A stretch of DNA of 30,985 bases from an uncultured virus (IMG/VR IMGVR_UViG_3300042276_000826) (lineage: Duplodnaviria > Heunggongvirae > Uroviricota > Caudoviricetes), in IMG/VR virus record IMGVR_UViG_3300042276_000826; one strand, given 5' to 3'. Position 1 is the stretch's first letter; each line of letters begins with the position of its first letter. The position numbers and the translations under genes were made by a program. This document shows, one piece after another, positions 7,456 to 16,163 of the stretch. The notes beneath the pieces were generated by a model. That model ran no database searches, was not told where the DNA came from, and saw only the letters and a program-made list of their open reading frames with translations.

Positions 7456-9743
7456 ATCAAAGCCTTTTGAGTGTCAAAGCTATCACTAAAATCTTCCCAT
7501 TGAACATTATTTGGATCATAATTAGTGTACTCTTCCCTTTGATTAATTACAAATCTTCCTAGCCCTGTTGGAAGCTTTTTAAGCTTTATCAATCCACCTT
7601 GCAATTTATGTTTTTTCCTGTAAGCATAAAGATATTCGGCTTTCTCTTTTGCTTCTCCATCTGATGCGGTCATTTCTGATTTTGTATCATAAAGTCCAAT
7701 TGAACCATCTGTATATTTAACAATAAAATCTGGATAGAAGTCTTTAATGATGTTATCTTTTTTATATGGGATACTAAAAAATATTTCACCTTTTGAGCCA
7801 TTTTTGTACCAACATTGTACTTTTTCATTTTTTTCCAATATGTATGCAAATTGCTGTTCTGTTGTATTATAATCAACGGTGCAAATGCCACTATAGATAT
7901 TTTTAGTGTAAAGATCATCTTTGATATCTTTTCTACACTCAAAGTATAGTGGTGCTGTCCACATTGAATAGTCATTTGTATCTTCGAATATGGTTCCGCT
8001 CTCAACTTTTCTAAATCTTTTTTTATGAGAATACGAAATGATTCTTTCAAGTAATTCAGAAAAATATATAAAATTCTCTTCTTGTAAAATCATACTGTAT
8101 AAATCAAGATAAGTTTCTATTTTCCCTTTTGAAGTATCTTTTAGACACTTTAGAAGTTTATCGGTTTCATAAGGTGTTATTTCAATATTTATATCAAATA
8201 AGCTCCCTTGAACAAATCCACTATCTGAAACTTTAAAACCTGCTGATTTTAACTTCTTTGAAAAGATATCTTGTATCTCTTTATTGGATAATACATAATC
8301 CATATCTTGCGAATTGATTATCTCAATGGCAGGGTCTTTAACATGAAGATCATAAATGATTTTTGAGGTAACTTTATTTGAAGTTGCCTTTGCTTTGCTC
8401 CAAAACTCAATACAGGAATCTTTAACAAATTCATCAAGATCATATTCAGTATCATAAAAATTGTCTATAATGTTTTGTTTTGAGTATTTATGCAAATTAA
8501 TAGCATCTTTGAACTCATCTTTGATGTATATTTTGTTTAAACTTTTGTTTTTATTGGTTTTGATATTAAACTCTTTAAGTGCTAGTTGATCTGGCACATA
8601 TTTTTCCATATTAGCGTACACATAAGCAGTATCAAGAAGTTCAACTCCATAGTGTTTAAGTTCTGGCATTCTGTTGATTCTTCCCAATACTTGAATTTTA
8701 AAATCATCGCTGTTGCTTTTTCTAAATGTTAAAAGAACAGATGCTCTAGGGCAATCCCATCCAGTAGCAATCGCAGTTTTTGTAAAAACTATCTCTACAG
8801 GTGAATTTAACTTTGTTAGATTTTCAGAGTTCTCTTTACTCTCACTCATATAATCCGCAATAATATCACTTGATATGCCCATCTTTTCAAGATAACTATT
8901 TATTTCATGTTGTGTTTTTCTTAAATCGTCTTGATTGTCATTTTCTATTTGAATGATCATTAAAGGATTGATATAATCGATACCTAATGCTAAAAACTGT
9001 TGCTTTATATCTTGCAGTCTTTTATAGGCGATTTTGGTTAAAATTTCCTTATTTACCGCATCTGATTCATTTTCAAAGTCATTAAATATAAACTCTTTTT
9101 TTATAACTCCAGATTCAATAACATCTTCTCTTGATACTTCCACTACTTCATCACCATGAGTGATATTTTTTGGCGTTGCGGTTATCTCAACCCTAATACT
9201 AGGACTAATAGATTCAATAAAAGCATTTGCTTTGCTAGAATCATTTGAAGATGCGATATGCGATTCATCAATAAATACAATGATATTTATACCATTCTCT
9301 TTGGTTTTAGCAATAATATTTTCCATATACTTGCCATTTTCATTCTCTTTAATTAAAGTGTTGCTATTTTTATCAATAGAAGCCCAATTTAAACATAATA
9401 TTTCATTAGGATTAAGAACATTATCGCTATCAAGATTGTCACTATCAATTGGTTTTAAATTTGAATAAAGTGCATCCGCATAGTGTTCAAATTTTTCTAG
9501 GGTTTGTTCGTGAAGTTTGTTTGGAGCTAACCATATAAAAGCTAGATTATCAAATTCTTTTGACAATTCATCCATTAAAGCAAAACTCATTATGGTTTTA
9601 CCACTTCCTGTTGGTGATACAAAGTGTACGGTTGCAGTTGATTCTCTGTTTCTTTTTTTAGCAACTTCATATTGGTCTATTAAAAAACCAATAGAATCAT
9701 TAAGTTGTTTTATTGCATTTAATTGATACTCAAATAGGTTCAT
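7452..9743 (-). CDS. res: Type III restriction endonuclease subunit Res
   Basis: PTGSGKT, DESH, TATP, GWDCPRA, QVLGRINR helicase motifs; C-terminal YPDFIV..DTKS nuclease motif. Confidence 0.92.
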   Translation of the reverse strand: MNLFEYQLNAIKQLNDSIGFLIDQYEVAKKRNRESTATVHFVSPTGSGKTIMSFALMDELSKEFDNLAFIWLAPNKLHEQTLEKFEHYADALYSNLKPIDSDNLDSDNVLNPNEILCLNWASIDKNSNTLIKENENGKYMENIIAKTKENGINIIVFIDESHIASSNDSSKANAFIESISPSIRVEITATPKNITHGDEVVEVSREDVIESGVIKKEFIFNDFENESDAVNKEILTKIAYKRLQDIKQQFLALGIDYINPLMIIQIENDNQDDLRKTQHEINSYLEKMGISSDIIADYMSESKENSENLTKLNSPVEIVFTKTAIATGWDCPRASVLLTFRKSNSDDFKIQVLGRINRMPELKHYGVELLDTAYVYANMEKYVPDQLALKEFNIKTNKNKSLNKIYIKDEFKDAINLHKYSKQNIIDNFYDTEYDLDEFVKDSCIEFWSKAKATSNKVTSKIIYDLHVKDPAIEIINSQDMDYVLSNKEIQDIFSKKLKSAGFKVSDSGFVQGSLFDINIEITPYETDKLLKCLKDTSKGKIETYLDLYSMILQEENFIYFSELLERIISYSHKKRFRKVESGTIFEDTNDYSMWTAPLYFECRKDIKDDLYTKNIYSGICTVDYNTTEQQFAYILEKNEKVQCWYKNGSKGEIFFSIPYKKDNIIKDFYPDFIVKYTDGSIGLYDTKSEMTASDGEAKEKAEYLYAYRKKHKLQGGLIKLKKLPTGLGRFVINQREEYTNYDPNNVQWEDFSDSFDTQKALI

Positions 9744-11563
9744 TTTTGTTTCCTTTCAAGTTTTCTAAGCATTTTTAAGAAGTTTTCTGGCAATGGTTCA
9801 AAAGTGATGTTTTTATTGGCTTTTGAGATTTTATTCATATAATGACAATGATTTGAGATTGATAAAATATAGATGTTTATATTATCGTAATTATCATTAT
9901 TTAAGGTATTAATAGCTTCCTCATAATCACTCTTTTTCATATTGTAGATATTGTGAAGTATATATACTGATTTGTCTTTATGGGCAAATTTTGATAAAAA
10001 TGGAGTGATTGGATTTAATGCAAAGCAAGACTCTCTTACTTTGATAATTTCTGTTAATTTATCAACCATAAACTCTTTAATATCTAGGTCACTATGTTTA
10101 TTTGAATCATATTTTAAGAGTTCTGTTTTTAGATATTCAAGGTTCGATTCATAATTGTATTTTTCGTTAGCTTTTAAAATTCTTTGGTAGGTTATATCTT
10201 CTGCTATATTGTTTTCATTATTGGTAACTATTATGTACCTATCAAGTCTCTTGTCCTCATAATTTTTATCTATTACTGCATGAGCAAGCGTTCCAGAGCC
10301 TGCAAAAAAATCAAGAAAAATAGTTTCTTTATTTGAATTTCTTGAAAGATGAACAAAATCTTTAATCAACTCAATGGGTTTAGGATTATCAAAATCATTA
10401 TCTCCTACAAGTTTCGCTAATAAATTAGTTCCGTTCCCACTACTGTAAGAAGCTTTATAAAGGGTGCTTTTTGGTTTTTTAGTTGGCATGTCACCTAATT
10501 CTGGTCTTTGTTTTTTATAAAGATTAATATTTCCTTTTTTGCTTCTTACAATCATGATTTCATTTATATCGGTTTTGAATTTTCCATCGAATCCCCACTC
10601 CCAGCGGAGATATTTTTTTGTTTTAGTGTCTCTTGGTAAAATAACTTCGTATCCAAGTGTTACATATTTTTCAACCAACTTATCAACAAAATCATCATTA
10701 AATACTTTTTTTTGCTTATCGTAGATTTTGGCATACTCATCATCTGAAATTAACTCAATCCTCTCATTTTTTATCAATACTGGGAAAAATGAAAGTCCCC
10801 TATCTTCTCTAAATTTTTCTGCTCCCGAAGCTACAATAGTTCTACCTTTTTTGTACCACCCGTTTGCATCAACATTCCACTCTTTTTCAACTTCTTCTTC
10901 ATTAACTTCAAAATCATTTATTGTACATTCTTGAACATTGTTAGTATAGACCAAAGTATATTCATGTGTTCCAGAGAACCCAAATTGATCATTGTTGCCT
11001 TTTAAATTCATAATTGTAGGAAGGCATCCAATAAAATTACTCTTTCCATTAATCTTAGTAGTCGCATTAAATATCTCATCACATAGTATTTTTAAATAAG
11101 CAACCTCATTGTCATCAATACTTATAAAGACTAGCCCACCTTTTTTTAAAAGTGTTTTTGCTAGTCTTAATCTTTTATTCATAAATGACAGCCAATAGCT
11201 ATGTCTAAAACCATCTTTTTCATCTATCCACTTGTCATTATATTTAAAATCTTTTTTCCCTGTATTGTACGGAGGATCAATATAAATCACATCAATCTTT
11301 GCTTTATGGGTATATTGAAGTATCTCCAATGCATGATAATTGTCACCCTCAATTAAAATATTTTTATTTGAATACTCATTGTCAAACCCATACCCTTCAC
11401 CTTTTTGAACTAAATAGGGATAATATTCACCGTCATCGATATTGATTTCTCGTTCTCTATCTTCCCAAACAAGCCCAAACTTCTTTTTCTTTTTGAGGTC
11501 TGCATTCTCTTTTTTGAGTTTTTCTATTTCTTTTTGTAGTTTTAATATCTCTTGTTCCGTCAT
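9740..11563 (-). CDS. mod: Type III RM DNA methyltransferase Mod (beta class, probably m6A)
   Basis: KFGLVWE, IEGDN, IYIDPPYNTG, PKP..LI, LDFFAGSGT; ATGA overlap with res. Confidence 0.93.
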   Translation of the reverse strand: MTEQEILKLQKEIEKLKKENADLKKKKKFGLVWEDREREINIDDGEYYPYLVQKGEGYGFDNEYSNKNILIEGDNYHALEILQYTHKAKIDVIYIDPPYNTGKKDFKYNDKWIDEKDGFRHSYWLSFMNKRLRLAKTLLKKGGLVFISIDDNEVAYLKILCDEIFNATTKINGKSNFIGCLPTIMNLKGNNDQFGFSGTHEYTLVYTNNVQECTINDFEVNEEEVEKEWNVDANGWYKKGRTIVASGAEKFREDRGLSFFPVLIKNERIELISDDEYAKIYDKQKKVFNDDFVDKLVEKYVTLGYEVILPRDTKTKKYLRWEWGFDGKFKTDINEIMIVRSKKGNINLYKKQRPELGDMPTKKPKSTLYKASYSSGNGTNLLAKLVGDNDFDNPKPIELIKDFVHLSRNSNKETIFLDFFAGSGTLAHAVIDKNYEDKRLDRYIIVTNNENNIAEDITYQRILKANEKYNYESNLEYLKTELLKYDSNKHSDLDIKEFMVDKLTEIIKVRESCFALNPITPFLSKFAHKDKSVYILHNIYNMKKSDYEEAINTLNNDNYDNINIYILSISNHCHYMNKISKANKNITFEPLPENFLKMLRKLERKQK

Positions 11564-11575
11564 AAGGATAATCCT

Positions 11576-11794
11576 CTATTTTAATTCAATTTTCTTGTTA
11601 ATTGCTTCCATACATTGCATAAAAAATACAAAGGTAAAGCTGCCTCTATTAATCTTGTTTGCAATGCCTTTATAATTCTCTTCAACACCAAGCTTTTTAA
11701 GTCTTAATATCAATTCATCATACTTGATATTTTGTCTAACAAGTTCAGCTTTTAGGATGCTAGTAGCTTCTTGATTCCAATTTTTCTCTTCCAT
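11576..11794 (-). CDS. Small HTH protein (DUF6471-like), possible controller of the RM operon
   Basis: ILKAEL..Y.EL..L...GV.E....IANKINRGSF...FF.QC..AI pattern. Confidence 0.8.
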   Translation of the reverse strand: MEEKNWNQEATSILKAELVRQNIKYDELILRLKKLGVEENYKGIANKINRGSFTFVFFMQCMEAINKKIELK

Positions 11795-11882
11795 AAAATA
11801 CCTTTTGTATTTTTAATATGTAGAATATTATCATAATTATATTGAAAAATCAAGTATTTTATAGAATATATTAATATTTTTA

Positions 11883-11911
11883 TTGACATAAGTCTATGTT
11901 TATGGTATAAT
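11883..11911 (+). promoter_or_regulatory. Consensus sigma70 promoter of the IS1595 transposase
   Basis: TTGACA-17-TATAAT with TGn extended -10. Confidence 0.75.
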
Positions 11912-11942
11912 TTCTACATATATAGGGAACAAAGGACAAATC

Positions 11943-12971
11943 ATGGCACAACATTTCTTATTATCATCAAAAGCAAAAACTATCTCTTCTTACGACATCG
12001 CAGAGATGTCAAATGATGAAGCTACAAAAATCTTTGAGGAGCTAAGATGGGCTGATACAGACGGTAAGCCTGTTTGTCCTACTTGTGGTTGCACTCACAA
12101 CTACATAATAAACACAACTAGCCATAGAGGGAAACCTATAAAAAGATATAAATGTTCTGCGTGTAAAAAACAATATACGGTAACAACGGGAACTATCTTT
12201 GCTGATCATAAGCTACCATTGAAGAAATACTTGTATGCACTTGTGACTTATATAGATGCGGTAAAAGGTATTAGTGCTTTACAACTAAGTAGAAACTGTA
12301 GAATCCAATACAAAACAGCGTAGGTTTTACATAAGTTTAGAGCTATTATAAAAGAGCACACGCAGAGTGAAAAGTTAGAGGGTAGAGTTGAAATGGACGG
12401 CTGTTATATTGGCAAAACGAAACCTAAAAACAAAAAAGAGGATAGATTAGATTTAAGACTGGCTCAAAATGCAAACCCAAATAAAAGATGTGTTATGGTT
12501 GCAAGGGAAGTATCAAGTGATGGAAGTGGAGCAGTAGCTACAAGAGTTGGTATCACTAAAGGGGAATATAGTAATGTTATTTCAAAGTTTGCTCTTGATA
12601 ATGTAGAGAAAAATTCAACTATCCATAGCGATGGTGCTCCTGCGTATGAAAATCTAATGGCATATTATGAGTTAATTCAAGGAGATCATAGTAAAGCGTA
12701 TGTGGGAGAGAATGGCGAATCATCAAATCAAGCGGAATCTTTCTTTTCAAGATTTAGACGGTTACAATATGGTCAATGTCACAAGATAACCATTAAATAT
12801 TTAGAAAATTATGCTCTTGAAATTGCATACAGAGAAGATAATAGAAGAAGATCAAACGGTTTAATTATGAGTGATTTGGTATCTAAAGCTATGAATACAT
12901 CAAATTATAACCCTTGGGTGGGTTACTGGCAAGGGAATAGACCTGCTTGTGAGCAACTGCTTACTGCTTAA
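11943..12971 (+). pseudogene. IS1595-family DDE transposase (ISNha5-like) with an in-frame TAG at 12321-12323
   Basis: MAQHFLLS, zinc ribbon CPTC..CSAC, SALQLSR..YKTA*VLHK, VEMDG, HSDG, NQAESFFSRFRR; both parts are in the same frame. Confidence 0.9.
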
Positions 12972-13458
12972 TCTTCCATAAAAAGTTAAGCCCCTCTTTG
13001 CTTTCAACCTCAATAAGGTATTCTTTTTCCAAAACCCTTGTTTGGTGGGATACCGCCTTTTGAACACGGGTAATAATATCATCGGTTAGTTCAAGCCCTT
13101 TAGATTCAATAACTTCAAGGGCTATATCATCTGTTTTTAGTGGTTTATTGGAAGTTCTAAGGGTTTTTAATACCAATTGTTTGAGTTCTCCATGGCTAAA
13201 AAGACTTTTAGACTTAGTCCTTACTCTTTTACTTTCATTATGTGTATTGATCTTTTCAATGGTTTTATCACAATCTCCATCGAATAGACATATTACTTGC
13301 TCCATAGCAGATATATCTGATTTGATTTTTGATATCTTAAGCTCATACTCCTCTTCTAATTGTCTTAACTCCATCTGTTTATTAGCTAGAGCATATAGCA
13401 CATGAGATTTATTATTCTTTTGAAGTCCTGTTGAGTTGTAAAGTGGATGTGTTCCCAT
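12961..13458 (-). CDS. IS1595-associated coiled-coil + winged-HTH-like accessory protein (homologue of 25132-25596)
   Basis: HPLYN.TGL.KNNK.HVLYALANKQMEL and LF..GEL shared with the second element. Confidence 0.85.
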   Translation of the reverse strand: MGTHPLYNSTGLQKNNKSHVLYALANKQMELRQLEEEYELKISKIKSDISAMEQVICLFDGDCDKTIEKINTHNESKRVRTKSKSLFSHGELKQLVLKTLRTSNKPLKTDDIALEVIESKGLELTDDIITRVQKAVSHQTRVLEKEYLIEVESKEGLNFLWKIKQ

Positions 13459-13560
13459 TATTGCCCCTTAGAGTAGAAAGTTATAATGGTATTATATCGA
13501 AAAGTGCCTATTTATGGGAGTTTTGAGAGGGTTACACAGCTACATAAGTGCGCTTTTTAT

Positions 13561-13711
13561 AAAACATCCTGAAATTCGCAAAAAACTTTGGAAAGGACAT
13601 TTATGGACTAATTCATATTATGTAGAAACAATAGGTTCTACTTCGGAAGAAAATATAAGAAAGTATATTCAAAGGCAAGATAAAGAGCCAAAGAGCAATT
13701 CATCCCACTAA
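13561..13711 (+). pseudogene. tnpA: TnpA 3' part
   Basis: KHPEIRKKLWKGHLWTNSYYVETIG...IRKYIQRQ (catalytic Tyr); removing the insertion and one TSD restores a 144-aa frame. Confidence 0.92.
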
Positions 13712-13741
13712 TAAATTAGTGGGCATTCTTGCCGAAGAGTA

Positions 13742-13989
13742 GTAAAATTGATTTGGCCTATGCAATCACAATTCATAAATCACAAGGCATGGAATATAAT
13801 ACAATCGTTTTGCCTATGACAAATAGCCATTATGTAATGTTGAATAACAATCTGCTTTATACAGCAATTACAAGAGCCAAAGAAAATTTACATATTGTTG
13901 GCGAAACATTCGCTTTTGAGCATGCTTGTAAAAATAAAGATTTGATAAAACGCAATTCGGTTCTTCAAACTTTAAAGCAAAAAAAGTAA
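13742..13989 (+). pseudogene. recD2: C-terminal fragment of a RecD2-like SF1B helicase
   Basis: LAYAITIHKSQGMEY and LLYTAITRAK motifs. Confidence 0.88.
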
Positions 13990-14044
13990 AAAAGTTTTTC
14001 CGATTTTTTTTTGGTAAACTTTTAAAAAAGAAAAAAGGTGGCAA

Positions 14045-14386
14045 ATGAATTCAATAAAAATCTCTTTCAAAGAAAATATCAAAAAACATAACAAATTTCC
14101 TCAAAGCAGTTATAAATACTGTGTTACTTTGATTAACAATAATAGAGTAGGGGTTGTTGTTGATAAAGATGAAGATGGCTTTATGTCTGTAACAAATAAC
14201 ATTGAAAATATCGCAAATGAGTTGAAAGTAAATAAAATAATATATAAAAACAGCGATGGAACTTTTGACTATTGGGAGTTAAATTTGGGGTATCGTGCTT
14301 TAGTAAAAAAAGGTGAATTTACCAAAAACTTAAGAGATGCGATTATGTGTGCAAAGAACTCTTATTTACGAAAGGATATGAAATAA
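14045..14386 (+). CDS. Hypothetical protein
   Basis: AAGGTG RBS; 113 aa; MSVTNNIENI motif. Confidence 0.75.
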   Translation: MNSIKISFKENIKKHNKFPQSSYKYCVTLINNNRVGVVVDKDEDGFMSVTNNIENIANELKVNKIIYKNSDGTFDYWELNLGYRALVKKGEFTKNLRDAIMCAKNSYLRKDMK

Positions 14387-14790
14387 TGATTACCCAATTC
14401 TTTATTGTATTGTTTGGTGTTTTTGTGATACTGCAATCATTGCGTTTCAATCATAGAATTATAGAACAAATTGAAAAAGATTTTAAAAACTTTAAACGTG
14501 TCTGCACATTGGAAAAATCATCAATGCTTAAGAACACTCTTTTGCTTGCAAAGCACAATGAGTATGAATTAAAAATTGAAAAAGAGTCTGGAATTATTAC
14601 AATTATAACTGTCTTGTCAATAATAGGTGAAGTGATTTGTTATTTTTATTTAAACATAGGGTACTTTTTATTAATGACATTTTTTATTCTTCTTAATTTA
14701 ATTTCTCATATATCATTAAGAGCGAATTTGATTAGATCAAAACAAGGGGTTGAAAGTGAAATTAGAAAACACAACAAAAATATATCTTAA
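14386..14790 (+). CDS. Hypothetical membrane protein (about 3 TM segments)
   Basis: TAATG coupling to the upstream gene; hydrophobic stretches. Confidence 0.7.
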   Translation: MITQFFIVLFGVFVILQSLRFNHRIIEQIEKDFKNFKRVCTLEKSSMLKNTLLLAKHNEYELKIEKESGIITIITVLSIIGEVICYFYLNIGYFLLMTFFILLNLISHISLRANLIRSKQGVESEIRKHNKNIS

Positions 14791-14956
14791 AGAGCTTATT
14801 GTTGAAACCATTGAAAATATTGAATTGTCTTTGGCTCAAAGTGGCATTAATGAGGATAATATTGATACGATAATAGAGCAGGGGAATTATGAGCTTGATG
14901 AGGTTAAATGCAAGCTAAAAGCATTCAAGCTTAAATTGTTTAGGTGCGGCAATTAA
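14750..14956 (+). CDS. Small hypothetical protein
   Basis: AAGGGG RBS near TTG/GTG start; overlaps the upstream gene. Confidence 0.55.
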   Translation: MKVKLENTTKIYLKELIVETIENIELSLAQSGINEDNIDTIIEQGNYELDEVKCKLKAFKLKLFRCGN

Positions 14957-15029
14957 AACAACAGCGATAGATGCAAGAAATAATAAAGCCAAAATTTTAA
15001 ATGTTTTGTCTTTTGTGAAAACTGCCATC

Positions 15030-15413
15030 TTAAGACACCATTTTTCTATTTTTCTCTTCAATTTCACTTTCTAAAGCATCTGCTTTAGTTTTATGATAGT
15101 AGTAATTTAATTTGATTGGGTCTAGTTTGTATAAGTTTTCAAGAATTTTATACTCTATAGAAGTGCTGCAAGTAGGAATATTGCTTTTTGGGTTTTTAGT
15201 ATGATTGGTTTTATTGTATAAGATATAATCCAAAGAGATTTCATGTTTTATGAGAATAGGTATGATTTTAGAAATAGGAATACTTTTTCTATGTACCCAA
15301 CTTTCTATTGTTTTTTGCTTAGTGTTGAGTTTAATTGCTAATTCTTTACTTGTGTTTGCATTTAATACTTTTTTTAAGCGTTCAATTATTTCAATTGCAT
15401 CCAACATAACCAC
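15030..15413 (-). CDS. CI-repressor-like HTH regulator
   Basis: IIERLK......ELA..L....TIESW..R.SIP....ISLDYIL; AAGGA RBS; divergent from rep. Confidence 0.8.
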   Translation of the reverse strand: MVMLDAIEIIERLKKVLNANTSKELAIKLNTKQKTIESWVHRKSIPISKIIPILIKHEISLDYILYNKTNHTKNPKSNIPTCSTSIEYKILENLYKLDPIKLNYYYHKTKADALESEIEEKNRKMVS

Positions 15414-15575
15414 TCCTTTTAATTATTAAATAGTATTATTTTATTAATTAAAGTCTCATTAATAGAATTTTATTGTTGTTTTTTGTAATAAGCAATATAT
15501 CCTTATATCAATTTATAACTATATATCAATATAGGACACCTCTTGAAGCACCATAAAATAGAGCGTGGTTTAATT

Positions 15576-15769
15576 TAAATCTGACAAGTGTCGCACTAAA
15601 TCTGACAAGTGTCGCACTAAATCTGACAAGGACAACAAACTAATCTGACAAGTGTCGCACTAAATCTGACAAGTGTCGCACTGTTTTATAGATTTGTTTA
15701 ATTTAAATCTGACAAGTGTCGCACTAAAAATCAAAAAGTATTTAAATCTGACAAGTGTCGCACTAAATC
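15576..15769 (+). repeat. Iteron array of the plasmid origin: six full and one partial 21-bp repeat
   Basis: TAAATCTGACAAGTGTCGCAC at 15576, 15597, 15618 (partial), ~15641 (one difference), 15661, 15704, 15743. Confidence 0.9.
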
Positions 15770-15861
15770 CTCTTTTAATTAGAAAAAAATTAAGATTGGC
15801 ATAAGTTTTAAAACAAAAAAATGAGCTTTGGTATGCAAATTCACATCAAAAAAGCTAATTT

Positions 15862-16070
15862 ACTGCAAAAGTTAGTAAGAGTTAATCAAAACACTGCAAA
15901 AGTTAGTAAGAGATAAGAGTCTAATTTACAAAAAACGGTCATTTTTACTGCAACTTAACAAAAATTAGTCATAAAAAAAGGATGTGTTTCAAAACTTACT
16001 CATTTCAAGACTTTTATTTACAAGTAATAGTATGTTTATTCAAGTTCATTACAAAAGTTAGTCAGAGTTA
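15862..16070 (+). repeat. Second repeat family upstream of rep
   Basis: ACTGCAAAAGTTAGTAAGAG at 15862 and 15893; variants near 15958 and 16051. Confidence 0.7.
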
Positions 16071-16163
16071 AGAAGCAATTAAAGAATTTTTAGCAAAAAT
16101 TAACACTACGAAATTAAGTCATATTAAAAAATAGCTATGTACTGCACAAAAAAAAGGATTAGC

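Larger units (their letters stand above)
7147..13552. mobile_element. IS1595-family cargo transposon (6406 bp) carrying a Type III RM system
   Basis: 23-bp TIRs CGCCCTTATGTAGGTGTGTAACC / CGCACTTATGTAGCTGTGTAACC (21/23); 8-bp TSD CTTTTTAT at 7139-7146 and 13553-13560. Confidence 0.93.
5433..13741 (-). mobile_element. IS200/IS605-family element (divergent tnpA/tnpB, ~1.9 kb without the nested insertion)
   Basis: RE hairpin CTCGTAGAT-AA-ATCTACGAG (5441-5460) with guide GAAG and TCAC end on the minus strand; LE hairpin CCCACTAAT-AA-ATTAGTGGG (13704-13723) with guide AATG and TTAC target motif (gtaa 13742-13745). Confidence 0.85.

Noticed and set aside
630..12323. Genome-wide TAG recoding
   Set aside because: tnpB, rep and several other genes end normally at TAG; only two premature cases
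13742..13989. recD fragment as the helicase of a type IV-D system
   Set aside because: It is a disrupted backbone gene more than 4 kb from the cas locus, which has its own DinG
15576..15769. 21-bp repeats as a second CRISPR array
   Set aside because: Mostly tandem with 0-22 bp irregular gaps and located upstream of rep; these are iterons
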